NCBI GenBank assembly: GCA_038046605.1
Contig: JBBSVW010000078.1
Span: forward strand, 1 to 30,576
Source of the DNA: Candidatus Micrarchaeota archaeon
Lineage (GTDB): Archaea; Micrarchaeota; Micrarchaeia; Norongarragalinales; SBBD01
Direction: 5' to 3'
Length of the DNA stretch: 30,576 nucleotides
The notes under the pieces were generated by a model. It was not told where the DNA came from, made no database searches, and saw only the letters and a program-made list of their open reading frames with translations. Shown piece by piece: positions 16,921 to 26,200 of the stretch. The position numbers were made by a program, and so were the translations under genes. The number at the start of each line of letters is the position of its first letter. Position 1 is the first letter of the stretch.

Positions 16921-17349
16921 CTATTTCGATCTCTTTCCCTTGATTATCGAACTTTTGAATGTTTTTGGCTTATAGGCTTTTGCCCGTACAATTTTTGCCC
17001 CAATGAACCCCTCCTTTTTGAGCATCCGTTTTAGCTCGTAGGTTTTAAGCGGCTGGTCATATCCGAATACTATGAGATCCGGCTTATGCCTGAGGATGGG
17101 GACAAGCGTATTCAATTTATCCCCCTTCACAACAACATCAACCAGCGGCTCATTCTCAACGTGCTCCATCCTTTGCTTTTGCGAAAACCACGGTTTTTTC
17201 GATTTCACTTTTTTGTACCGTTCATCACTGGCAACCACAACAAAGAGTTTTGCGCCCTTGCCCCCCAATTTCTTTGCCTGCTTGAACAATGAGCGGTGGC
17301 CCTCATGGATAACGTCGAATGAGCCGAATGTCATCACTTTTTTGACCAT
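16921..17349 (-). CDS. ribL: Archaeal FAD synthetase / cytidylyltransferase-family protein
   Basis: FGSFDVIHEGH (HxGH), L.VVVASD, PD.IVFGYDQ and SS.IK motifs. Confidence 0.8.
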   Translation of the reverse strand: MVKKVMTFGSFDVIHEGHRSLFKQAKKLGGKGAKLFVVVASDERYKKVKSKKPWFSQKQRMEHVENEPLVDVVVKGDKLNTLVPILRHKPDLIVFGYDQPLKTYELKRMLKKEGFIGAKIVRAKAYKPKTFKSSIIKGKRSK

Positions 17350-17432
17350 GGGATCTACCGCTAAGTGTAAGGGAATAAAAACAACAGAACTAGAACAAAC
17401 CCTTAATTCAAATAACTATCCTTTTATTGAAT

Positions 17433-17585
17433 TCAAGGCCCTTCAAAGCCGCATTCCTTGCAAGCGTATTTGTTCCCATTTTCCCGGCAGCTCTTGCACC
17501 TGGAAATCTTCCCCTTTTCGCAATTGGGGCAGGGGAAAACGGTTGCATCGGCAGCCATCCTTCCGCAGCTTAAGCATGTCCTCAT
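17433..17585 (-). CDS. Small zinc-finger protein (DUF1610 / HVO_2753-like)
   Basis: CxSCG...FPCPNC...I.RC..CR..G..Y.C..CGFEGP; AGGTG RBS before ATG 17585. Confidence 0.9.
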   Translation of the reverse strand: MRTCLSCGRMAADATVFPCPNCEKGKISRCKSCRENGNKYACKECGFEGP

Positions 17586-17749
17586 ATAGCAGCACCTTTT
17601 AGTAAGAATAAAGCGCAATTGTTATTCGGGTTTCACTTTATAATGTATTCGATGGATAATAATAACTTCATTTGGCACTATATTTTGTTGTTTTTGGGAA
17701 TAATGGCCAATAATTATTTGTCCCATATTTTCAAAGCCAATAATCATTT

Positions 17750-17823
17750 GGGCCTGTAGTATAACCTGGACAGAACGGAAGCTTGCGGAGCTTTAGATCT
17801 GGGTTCAAATCCCGGCAGGCCCG
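17750..17823 (+). tRNA. tRNA-Arg (anticodon GCG), intronless, CCA not encoded
   Basis: Acceptor stem GGGCCTG/CAGGCCC; anticodon arm GAAGC-TTGCGGA-GCTTT; T arm CTGGG-TTCAAAT-CCCGG. Confidence 0.95.
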
Positions 17824-17829
17824 TTGACA

Positions 17830-17866
17830 CGACAAAACAGGGGGAAGTATCCCCCTACTTTTGTCG
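17830..17866. terminator. Stem-loop between the tRNA and the convergent gene
   Basis: CGACAAAA-C-AGGGGGA-AGTA-TCCCCCT-AC-TTTTGTCG inverted repeat. Confidence 0.5.
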
Positions 17867-17935
17867 GATCGTACCCCCTCTATTTACTTCAGTGAATCAA
17901 TTGCGGCTATTATCGCTTAAGTCACCTTTCTATAC

Positions 17936-20677
17936 CTAATTTAACGAATAATCCGTATTTTGGATATAAGGCGACAAATCAACCTTTACCCCAAAACCTT
18001 CAAGAATTCCCTTAATTTCAAGTGCATCATTTGCCGTAAGGGTAAGCCCGCTTGGCGTATTACAGGTTAATTCCGTTGCCTCATTTGCGCCCCTGAAGGC
18101 GACATTGATAATTTTCACAACGTCAATTACATCAATTGCCCCATTTGCATCCCCGTTAACGTTCCAAACCCATGTCGGATTGCTCCCTTGCAAGCCTCCC
18201 CTGAATGCGACATCGATCATCTTCACAACATCAACGACATCTATTGCGCCGCTATTGTCAAGGTCTCCGCATTTTGCATCCTTGACCAATAAGCTCTTGC
18301 TTAGTTTGTTGTTGGTTTCATTGCTCTCATTTTGGTTATTTACCTCATCGACGCGGACTTCAATGGTATAGGCGCCGGCAGCAAATGCAAAATTGGGCGT
18401 TGTGATAAGGGCGCTTTTAAATGCCAATATATTCGCAAACTGCTCGTGGATCAATGTGTAATTCTTGTAGAACCTAACGGAAACATTTGTCAGGTTTGAT
18501 CCGCCCACATTTGAAACATTTGCAGTGATGCTTACATTTTCCCCAAAGTAAAGGTTGGAGTCGGAAAATGTAATGTTTGTTGGGACAAGGTCGCTGTAAT
18601 TAACAACCAGAATTGCCGCCCCATTATTATTAGCTTCATTTTGCTCGATTTTAATGTCTGGATCATCAACTTTTACTGTAAATGCGTAAGTGGTGGCTTG
18701 GTCGATGCCAGTGGAGAATGGAACCTGGTAGGAGGCAATTCCATTTGCATTGGCGCTTATAGCCCTCGAATCAATCAAATTCGCCCCTTGGTAGAGTTTG
18801 GATGAAACGTTCTGAAGCGCAACATCTCCAGAATTATTGATTGCCACAATTACATTCACTGTTTCGCCCTTATAGGGGATTTTTGAGAATGTGATCTTGG
18901 ATGTCAATTCCGCATACCACGGGATTGTCCCGTTTACATCCGTCCAATTCCGTAGGCCCCAGCCAGGCCCTACCGAAACATTTTGGTGCCAGGTGATTTT
19001 TCCCTCAAAATATTCCGCTGATTGGGCGGGGGCGTTAACCATGTATATTTTGGTTTTAAGTGGAGAATTTGTGAAGGAATCTATTGGTAAAGGTACAATC
19101 CGAACAATATATCCTTCATCCGCAGAATTGAATAGCATTTGCCAATCGTTCCGGCTATAATTCCAATAATAGCCCCTGACAATTATTGCTGGATTGTTAT
19201 CTAGGTATTTTACAGTCCAATTAGCTGAAAGGGGGTTTACCGCTATATCGTAAAATTCCGTAACATTTGCATTTCCCCCATAGGCATCGGGCACTGCTGA
19301 TGTTTCCCAATCCTGGTCATTTGCTTTGCTGCATTCGTGCCCAGCTCTAAGTGCCCCTTCACAAAACGCATCGATATAACTGCCTGCAAATCGATCATCC
19401 TCGGATATTTTTGTTCCGGGATCGTATCTCAAAATAGTCTTAATTTGATTGAATGTCAAGCCTGAAGCCCTGGCGAGCAAATCGATATTGTGCATATCCA
19501 GGTCAATTATACATCTTGCAACCTCGGAGGAATTTAGATTATAACATCTATTGTATGTTCGATTGATAGTTTCTAGGTTATCCCCTTGAATTTTATAATA
19601 TTTAGTCCAATTCAATGAATGGTTATCCCTCATCAAAGTTAACATAGAGGCAGTTATTGTATATCCAGTATGCACGTTGCTTGCTTGCAATTCAAAGTTA
19701 TATCCATCGCGGTAATCATTAGATAAATATCTATTCCATGAAAAAGCGCCCATGTTGGAAAGAATATTGTAATCAGCGGTCTCCTGGTTAATGTCAAAAA
19801 AACCATTTCCGTTGTAATTTGATAATATATTGTATCTGTGATACTCTGCAAACCCTTCTGTAATCCAACTTCGCGATAGCATGGTTGGAGGGTTAATTGA
19901 GTGTACCGCTTCATGTATTGTAACTCCCATATAAATCCAGAAATCCCCCAATTCCCCCGGGTTTCCAAAGTACCACGATCCATTCACTAAATAGTCCTGT
20001 TCACACCCCGAAAGGTACAGTGGATTGGAGAGAATGATATTCGCATTTCCGGCATATGCCGATCCGCCAGCGCAACCACCATAAATGCTCCCTGTTACAT
20101 TCATTTTCAATTTTTTCCCATAATATTTTTCCGAGCTCCATCCGGTAGTTGATTCCAAGAGCGCAAACCTCTCATCAAACTCGTTGAAGAAATTGTCAAC
20201 CGCAGGCGTATTGTTTGCATAATACCCGGATTCGATGTACAGATCATACCTTGGATGTGGGATGTAAACCCAAGATTGGGGTGAAGCGGGAGTTTTAATT
20301 GCAGCAACTGATTTTATTCCGTAATTTTCAATCAGGCCCTTTCCCTCTAAGTTGTTAATTTTGGCCCCTTCCCTGAAAACCTTCTTTTCATCCGTCCCCT
20401 TGTTCAAAAACACATAATAATTCCCATCCGCTTCTTTTCGGACGAGATCGATTTTTCCATCCTTATTGTAATCGTAATTGGCTTGGGGTGCTGGCATCAC
20501 TATCTCATCAACAATAGGCGGCATCTTTGGAACATCAATTTGGGGTGTTGGCGTTATTTCGAGTGTTGCTATTGGTGAAATAGTTGTTTTGGTTGCAGAA
20601 AGGGCAAAATTGGCTGCACCGATGGTGGTTGCCAAAAGCGCAAGAATTATGACTATGGTTAAGGATGCATTTTTCAT
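17936..20677 (-). CDS. Secreted multidomain zinc metallopeptidase (gluzincin-like) with two CARDB domains and a dockerin-like C-terminus
   Basis: Signal peptide; DYNKDGKID Ca-loop; HEAVH followed by WITEG; two CARDB-type ends (I.E.NE.NN); duplicated D/N-x-D/N..GAIDV.DVVK.I.VAFRG. A GGAGG RBS supports ATG 20677. Confidence 0.8.
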   Translation of the reverse strand: MKNASLTIVIILALLATTIGAANFALSATKTTISPIATLEITPTPQIDVPKMPPIVDEIVMPAPQANYDYNKDGKIDLVRKEADGNYYVFLNKGTDEKKVFREGAKINNLEGKGLIENYGIKSVAAIKTPASPQSWVYIPHPRYDLYIESGYYANNTPAVDNFFNEFDERFALLESTTGWSSEKYYGKKLKMNVTGSIYGGCAGGSAYAGNANIILSNPLYLSGCEQDYLVNGSWYFGNPGELGDFWIYMGVTIHEAVHSINPPTMLSRSWITEGFAEYHRYNILSNYNGNGFFDINQETADYNILSNMGAFSWNRYLSNDYRDGYNFELQASNVHTGYTITASMLTLMRDNHSLNWTKYYKIQGDNLETINRTYNRCYNLNSSEVARCIIDLDMHNIDLLARASGLTFNQIKTILRYDPGTKISEDDRFAGSYIDAFCEGALRAGHECSKANDQDWETSAVPDAYGGNANVTEFYDIAVNPLSANWTVKYLDNNPAIIVRGYYWNYSRNDWQMLFNSADEGYIVRIVPLPIDSFTNSPLKTKIYMVNAPAQSAEYFEGKITWHQNVSVGPGWGLRNWTDVNGTIPWYAELTSKITFSKIPYKGETVNVIVAINNSGDVALQNVSSKLYQGANLIDSRAISANANGIASYQVPFSTGIDQATTYAFTVKVDDPDIKIEQNEANNNGAAILVVNYSDLVPTNITFSDSNLYFGENVSITANVSNVGGSNLTNVSVRFYKNYTLIHEQFANILAFKSALITTPNFAFAAGAYTIEVRVDEVNNQNESNETNNKLSKSLLVKDAKCGDLDNSGAIDVVDVVKMIDVAFRGGLQGSNPTWVWNVNGDANGAIDVIDVVKIINVAFRGANEATELTCNTPSGLTLTANDALEIKGILEGFGVKVDLSPYIQNTDYSLN

Positions 20678-20816
20678 ATAAAACCCCTCCTTCAAATTTT
20701 AACTGTATATCTTAAAATAAGGTACTGATGAGGCAAGTGTGCACATTTGCATTGTTTTAACTAGGGAGATTAATGTCTCATCATTTGATTTCAATTAGAT
20801 TCTCTGCTAATTTTTT

Positions 20817-21524
20817 TTAGCCCCTGGCAAAGATGCGCTTCAAGAGGTTTGGGCTAATTGATCCGCGCTCAGCATTGCTCGAGCGGATTTCAAGCATCCC
20901 TTCAAGCCCTCCCATCTGCTGGCGGATGTCAAAAGCCGCCTTTCCAAGGGAGTTTGATTTTTCCTCAAGGGCGCGCAGTGATATTTCAAGGTCTCGCATT
21001 TTGCCCATGCTTAGCCTTGCCTCCTCGAGGGTGATTTCACCGCTTCGCAGGTTCTCAAAATGGGCATTTGCCTTTGAAATCTTGCTTATAATCTCTTTTT
21101 CGGAAAAGACAATGAGGTTTTCAGCTTGCAAAAGTTCCTTTCGGATGTTTTCAATGCGTTCAAGGGATGTTGATTTGAATGTGTTTTCAGGCGCAGCGTG
21201 TCCATTTGTGCCAGATCCACTTGCTGCAATTCCCATAGGGTTGCCATTGTTTGGATTTGCCAGCCCATTCCCATTGTAAACTCCATTTCCATTTGAATGC
21301 GCATTTCCAATTGCAGCTTTTTGCGCCTTTATTTTTGGCATCAGCCTAATCCCCATGAATCCGTATTTTATCTCAATCAGGTTGCTTTTCGCAAGCGTAT
21401 CGGCGGTTTGCTCGATCTTTTTTGGCGGCATGGAAAGCGCCCGGCTTGCATCCTCGACGGTACAGCCGTGCTTCAATGAGATGAAATCCATGAGCTTATC
21501 GACGTTAGTATGAATAACTGCCAT
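20817..21524 (-). CDS. Hypothetical protein: N-terminal winged-helix-like domain, Asn/Gly linker, coiled coil
   Basis: TNVDKLMDFI...TVEDASRALSM....IEQ.AD.L....LIEIKY wHTH pattern; heptad-rich C-half; GGGGGTGG RBS before ATG 21524. Confidence 0.7.
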   Translation of the reverse strand: MAVIHTNVDKLMDFISLKHGCTVEDASRALSMPPKKIEQTADTLAKSNLIEIKYGFMGIRLMPKIKAQKAAIGNAHSNGNGVYNGNGLANPNNGNPMGIAASGSGTNGHAAPENTFKSTSLERIENIRKELLQAENLIVFSEKEIISKISKANAHFENLRSGEITLEEARLSMGKMRDLEISLRALEEKSNSLGKAAFDIRQQMGGLEGMLEIRSSNAERGSISPNLLKRIFARG

Positions 21525-21722
21525 ATTTGCCACCCCCAAGGAGTAAGAATTAACCTCGAGGGTATTTAAACCATGCTGCTTCTATTTGGATTTCCAGGCA
21601 CCAAGCAAATGGGCTGTGCGAGGAAAAAATTTTATAGGGGGGCAAAACATTTGTTTTTTGAAAATAGGGAAAAAAACTATTAAGGGAAAAAATATTGTGC
21701 TTATTGAGGCGGTAGTTAAAAA

Positions 21723-22937
21723 TTAGGCAACAATAGTCGCAACGCCGTATAAGTGCCAGCGGTTATTGGCGCGCCTCATGATCGCAAGCTTATCCTTCAC
21801 ATTGGCACAAACCGGTTTTTTCAATTTCAGGAAAAACGCCTTCTTTTTCCTATCCACAATGAACCCAATTGTTGTGTTGGTCCCAATGCCCAATACCAGC
21901 GGCTCGTTTATTCCCGGCGAGGCATTGAAACTTTCAATTGCCCTTTTGAGCGGCTCGATTTCCACCTTGATTTCGTTTTTTGCCTCCGGAAGGGTGCCTG
22001 CCTTCCCAACCAAATTCCCAACAAGCCCATCGGATTTGCTAAGTGATGGATCCAGCGAGGTTGAAATGCCTACCAAGCCTCCAGGCGCGGCTTCCTCGAG
22101 CTTTTCGTTTTCCGCAAAAAGGCCGGTTACTTTGGTTTTGAACGATTCGTAATATTCGCGCTCCTTTTTTTTCCTCAATATGCCGGGTGATAGCTCGATA
22201 TCATCGCCAATTTTGAATTTGCCCCTTACTATGGATCCTCCAAAGACAGCGCCCACCATCTTTTCAATTTTTGCCCCCGGCTTATTAACATCAAAGCTTC
22301 GCGCAATGTAAAGGAATGGATCCGCTTCAGGATGCCGTTTGGGGGTTGGGATTGTTGTTTGGATCGCATCTATTAGGGCGGATAGCGATTTTGGGGAATG
22401 CGCGGCCGTTGGAATGATTGGCGCATTTTCAAAGGGCGTTCCCTTAAGGAACGCCTTGATTTCATTGAAATTTTCAACCGCGCGCTGCCGTGCCACCAAA
22501 TCAACCTTGTTTTGGGCAATCACTATATTCTTGATCCCGGCGGCTTCAAGCACCATCAAGTGCTCGGCTGTTTGGGCCATTGGGCATTTTTCATTTGCGG
22601 CAATCACGAAAAGCGCGCCATCCATGATGCTGCTTGCGGCAATCACCGTCGCCATCAGTGTTTCGTGGCCCGGTGAATCCACAAAGGATATTTTCCTTGC
22701 TGTTTTTGTCGGAGAGCCGCAATTTTCGCAATTTCCGCCAACCGTATAGCCCTCCGGCGCAACGCATTTTTCGCATTTGCGGAATACGACATCGGCGTAG
22801 CCAAGCTTGATTGTGATGCCACGCTTTATCTCCTCCGAGTGCGTATCCGTCCATTTTTTTGTGAGCGCGGCTACGAGAGTCGTCTTTCCGTGGTCGACGT
22901 GCCCGACGGTTCCTATGTTCACTTCAGCCTGCGGCAT
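21723..22937 (-). CDS. eif2g: Translation initiation factor aIF-2 gamma
   Basis: QAEVNIG.VGHVDHGKTT, TDTHSEE.KRGITIKLGYAD, Zn knuckle, DSPGHETLMA and QNKVD motifs. Confidence 0.97.
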   Translation of the reverse strand: MPQAEVNIGTVGHVDHGKTTLVAALTKKWTDTHSEEIKRGITIKLGYADVVFRKCEKCVAPEGYTVGGNCENCGSPTKTARKISFVDSPGHETLMATVIAASSIMDGALFVIAANEKCPMAQTAEHLMVLEAAGIKNIVIAQNKVDLVARQRAVENFNEIKAFLKGTPFENAPIIPTAAHSPKSLSALIDAIQTTIPTPKRHPEADPFLYIARSFDVNKPGAKIEKMVGAVFGGSIVRGKFKIGDDIELSPGILRKKKEREYYESFKTKVTGLFAENEKLEEAAPGGLVGISTSLDPSLSKSDGLVGNLVGKAGTLPEAKNEIKVEIEPLKRAIESFNASPGINEPLVLGIGTNTTIGFIVDRKKKAFFLKLKKPVCANVKDKLAIMRRANNRWHLYGVATIVA

Positions 22938-23047
22938 AGATGATAACCTGCTAGAATCAGCGTGAAAATTTACGATATATACTTTTATTAAAGCAGGACT
23001 TGCCTTCGAATTTGCGAATCAGGAAAAATCCATCCCCCAATGCCAAA

Positions 23048-23977
23048 TTAAAACTCATGTATGACCCGCTCGATTGCAGCAATCGGCTCGGCGCCTAGCT
23101 CCCCCCCGTGCTTCCTTTTTATCTCATCTGCGGAAAGCAGGGTTTTGCATGCGGCAATAAGTTCCCCATTCAAGGTGTATGCGCCGGCTACAATTCCAGG
23201 CTCGATATTTTCATCAAGCGCGCAAACATCCGTTATTTTCGGGCGTATCCCGGTCCGGATTTTCCTTGCCGCCTCATCCGTCAATATGATTTTTGCCATT
23301 GGCAGGCTTTCAAGGGGCAAAATTGCCTTGCGCAGGTATGATTCCTCCCCCATTTCCCTCCAAGCATAGGCATAATCCGTTAGTGCCTGGAGCGATATCG
23401 CCTGTTTTTCACTAAATGATCCGGCCCTTGTCCTTCGAAGCTCAACCATATCCGCTTTTTCCCCCAAAAGCTCCCCGCAATCAAACACAATCTTTCTGAT
23501 GTATGTCCCCGCCTCGCACTCGCACTCGAAAAGGATTAGTTTGCCCCTGATTTCAAGAATGTTCAAAGCGTGGACCTTCCTTACCCGAAGCTTTTTTGCA
23601 ACGGCGCTTAAAAGCGGTGGCTTTTGGTAGATTTCCCCACGCAAATTCGAAAACGCATCCTCAAGCGCATCCTTTGGAACTTCCCTTCCCAGTTTCATCA
23701 GGCATACATACTTCTTATCGGCCCTTGCCGCATATCCCGAGATTTTGCGCGAGTTTTCCAACAGGACAACCAGCACGCCGGATACATTCTGGTCAAGAGT
23801 TCCCGTATGCCCAGTTACGCTTAGCCCCAATATTTTGCGCACAAATGCGGATACCTCGTGCGAGCTGGGGCCGGGGGGCTTATCGATGATTGCTATGCCG
23901 TACATAAGGTGCTCTTCCATTGTCCTATCGGCTATCGCCTTTCCAAGGGCGCCATTTTGCTTGCTTAGAATGAGCAT
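23048..23977 (-). CDS. cbf5: RNA-guided pseudouridine synthase Cbf5 (TruB family)
   Basis: DKPPGPSSHEV, GHTGTLD (catalytic Asp), CEAGTYIRK and ELRRTRAG motifs; PUA-like C-terminus. Confidence 0.95.
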   Translation of the reverse strand: MLILSKQNGALGKAIADRTMEEHLMYGIAIIDKPPGPSSHEVSAFVRKILGLSVTGHTGTLDQNVSGVLVVLLENSRKISGYAARADKKYVCLMKLGREVPKDALEDAFSNLRGEIYQKPPLLSAVAKKLRVRKVHALNILEIRGKLILFECECEAGTYIRKIVFDCGELLGEKADMVELRRTRAGSFSEKQAISLQALTDYAYAWREMGEESYLRKAILPLESLPMAKIILTDEAARKIRTGIRPKITDVCALDENIEPGIVAGAYTLNGELIAACKTLLSADEIKRKHGGELGAEPIAAIERVIHEF

Positions 23978-24051
23978 AAATGTAATGAAAGGGATGGACT
24001 AATTAAAAAGTCATCGTGGATCTCAAACTATTTCGGGTCAAGCCGGCCTTT

Positions 24052-24215
24052 TCATGGCAGCGGCTCAAGGTGCATGATGTTGCATTTCTTGGCCTTGCCC
24101 TTGGCATCCTTGACCTCGCAGAAGGTGCCATCAATGATGCGCACGACCTCCATTTCCTGCCCCGCCTTCCTTCCGGCGACCTTCACGTATTTTTCCCAAC
24201 TTCGATTGCTGCCAT
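24052..24215 (-). CDS. rpl14e: 50S ribosomal protein eL14, with an apparent 1-nt frameshift (not in ORF track)
   Basis: MAAIEVGK in one frame and YVKVAGRKAGQ...IIDGTF...CNIMHLEP in another. The span is 164 nt, not a multiple of 3. Canonical position between cmk and cbf5; GGTGG RBS. Confidence 0.85.
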
Positions 24216-24316
24216 GAACATACCACCATTTTGCAAATATAATTTATTTTTTGGTTATTATTATTGGGGATGACCCAAAGTTATTTGGCACTTATCCACT
24301 GCCTAATCAATTTTTT

Positions 24317-24961
24317 TTAGCATCTTGCGATTCCTAGCCCCCTTGAGATGCGCACTTTCATTTCCTCAGCGTATTTGTTCTTCCTAACTTTTTTATAGCT
24401 TGGCTTTTGGGCAACACTTGCGATTTTTTCCATTACCTCCTGTGCGGAAAGATTATCCGTATCAATCTTCAGGTCGGCAAAACCGTGCTTGTTCACATCA
24501 ATTCCATAAAGCCTCCTATATTGGGCGGCGTTCTCCAAATCGCGGATTTTCGTCTTTGCAATCGCCTCCTTCAATGTTATCCCTTCGCGCTTGGCAATCC
24601 GTTTTGCCCTTGTTTTCAGTTCGCCATCCAGCCAGACATAAAGGTTCGCATCGGCAAGCCAGATTGCAAGCCTGCTGCCAAGGATCGCCCCCTTTTCCCT
24701 CTCGAACATTTCCTGCTGATTTTTATCCAGCATGTAGTCAAAGGCCGGGTCATCCTTGCGTTTTTCGTGTATCCCCTCAAAATCCATCTCCAGCTCCTTA
24801 GCCATATTCCGAAGGGTGTAGTTGATGACCCTTAGGTGGAGCTTTTTCCCAATCAATTCACTTACGGTTGTGTTGCCGGAGCCCGATAGGCCCGAAATTG
24901 CGATTTTCAACTTTTTGCACCTGAATGTATAATCCATGGAGGTAAATAAATGAATGGGCAA
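24317..24961 (-). CDS. cmk: Cytidylate kinase (archaeal type), atypical P-loop
   Basis: KIAISGLSGSGNTT, GSRLA.W, RAKRIAKREG and Y..LYGID motifs; conserved position after eL34. The start is probably downstream of 24961. Confidence 0.85.
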   Translation of the reverse strand: MPIHLFTSMDYTFRCKKLKIAISGLSGSGNTTVSELIGKKLHLRVINYTLRNMAKELEMDFEGIHEKRKDDPAFDYMLDKNQQEMFEREKGAILGSRLAIWLADANLYVWLDGELKTRAKRIAKREGITLKEAIAKTKIRDLENAAQYRRLYGIDVNKHGFADLKIDTDNLSAQEVMEKIASVAQKPSYKKVRKNKYAEEMKVRISRGLGIARC

Positions 24962-25077
24962 AGCATTCAGATGTAACGGTAGGGGGGGGTAAAACCTACC
25001 CTTTATGGAGATAAATTCGCAAATGTAAATAAGGGGGAGGCGGCAACACGTGGTGGGGGCTTAGCCCCCATGGGGTG

Positions 25078-25413
25078 TTAGCGCTTCATCATATCCAGAT
25101 ATTTGAGATGCTTGATATCTATATCCTCCCTTAGGAGTATTCCGGATTCAAGCCGGATCTTTTCGCGCACAAGGTCGCGCACATCCCCCGCGCAAAGCAC
25201 TCCCCCAAACATCCGCTCGGGGCGCTTTTTTGTTTTTGCAAGCTTTCGCATGCCCACCGTCGACCTGTTTGGGACTCCCTTAAGATTTTCCCCGCAAAGC
25301 GCGCAAATCGCCTTGCCTGGCTTTTTTGGCTTGTAAATTGAATGGACCGCTCCTCCTGGCGTCCTAACCGATCTGCTCTTTGCGCTCCTGCTCCTAAGTG
25401 AAGGCCTAACCAT
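25078..25413 (-). CDS. rpl34e: 50S ribosomal protein eL34
   Basis: RSRS...VRTPGG, CALCG..L.GVP and KRPERMFGGVLC motifs. Confidence 0.95.
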   Translation of the reverse strand: MVRPSLRSRSAKSRSVRTPGGAVHSIYKPKKPGKAICALCGENLKGVPNRSTVGMRKLAKTKKRPERMFGGVLCAGDVRDLVREKIRLESGILLREDIDIKHLKYLDMMKR

Positions 25414-25582
25414 TATTGATCACCATGTAAAAATAACTGATTTTATTGGCTCTTTATTATCGGGGCTGCAATTAATAAAATGTGTGAAAACGCCAAATCA
25501 CTCCCAAATTGGCCGCAAAGGGAATGTGCCTATTTGCCAATTTATCTTCTGCCTTTCCAAACCTACTTTTTTTATCAATAAT

Positions 25583-26101
25583 TTACTTCTTGTTGAACAC
25601 CTTGCTGTAGAGCTGCTCAATAACCATTCCGGAAACAATTGACGAAAGGATGAAAAAGCCCCTTGGGCCGTAGTGGCTGGTTTTGAGGATGTTTAGGCCA
25701 AGTAGTTCTTCCCCATTCAGGTGAAGTGCAATAGGAAGCCCGATCAAAAACCCATGGAAATATATATCCAAAACCCACATGAAGCCGATGAATAGGGGGA
25801 TCACAAAAATCATGTTCTTGAACGGGAGGAACATCATCTCGTTCATCATCTTCATGACCTCGGGTTCGCGAACCTTCAGCTCCTCCACCTTCTTCTTGTC
25901 ATCCTTCTTGAGCGCCTCACCCATTTCCTTCTGGTAATCCTTCATTGTTTTTTGGATGAGTTCGGTTTTTTGCTTGATGCCCGTTTTCCTGCTGATGTAG
26001 GATGTCAAAAAAGAGAAGAACACTGCCGTTGCGGATATGTACGCCCATGCCGGTATTCCAAAATAATCCATAATTGTTGCACCTAATTGAATTTGTTGCA
26101 C
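25583..26101 (-). CDS. EMC3/TMCO1-like (DUF106) Oxa1-superfamily membrane protein
   Basis: TM, cytoplasmic coiled coil, Met-rich segment, two TMs; conserved position between secY and eL34. Possible start at ATG 26071. Confidence 0.85.
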   Translation of the reverse strand: MQQIQLGATIMDYFGIPAWAYISATAVFFSFLTSYISRKTGIKQKTELIQKTMKDYQKEMGEALKKDDKKKVEELKVREPEVMKMMNEMMFLPFKNMIFVIPLFIGFMWVLDIYFHGFLIGLPIALHLNGEELLGLNILKTSHYGPRGFFILSSIVSGMVIEQLYSKVFNKK

Positions 26102-26200
26102 GATTTAACTGGGACTTTGCCCACCTGCAAATGAATAACGGTTATTTGGGGCCCATGCCAAACAATCCTGCTTCCCCCCAAAAAAAACCATCAATTCACC

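Noticed and set aside
17750-21539. Integrated element at tRNA-Arg
   Set aside because: No integrase and no duplicated tRNA 3' end (att site) found in the window.
23048-23977. BHB intron in cbf5, as in some crenarchaea
   Set aside because: The ORF is continuous through the catalytic GTLD motif.
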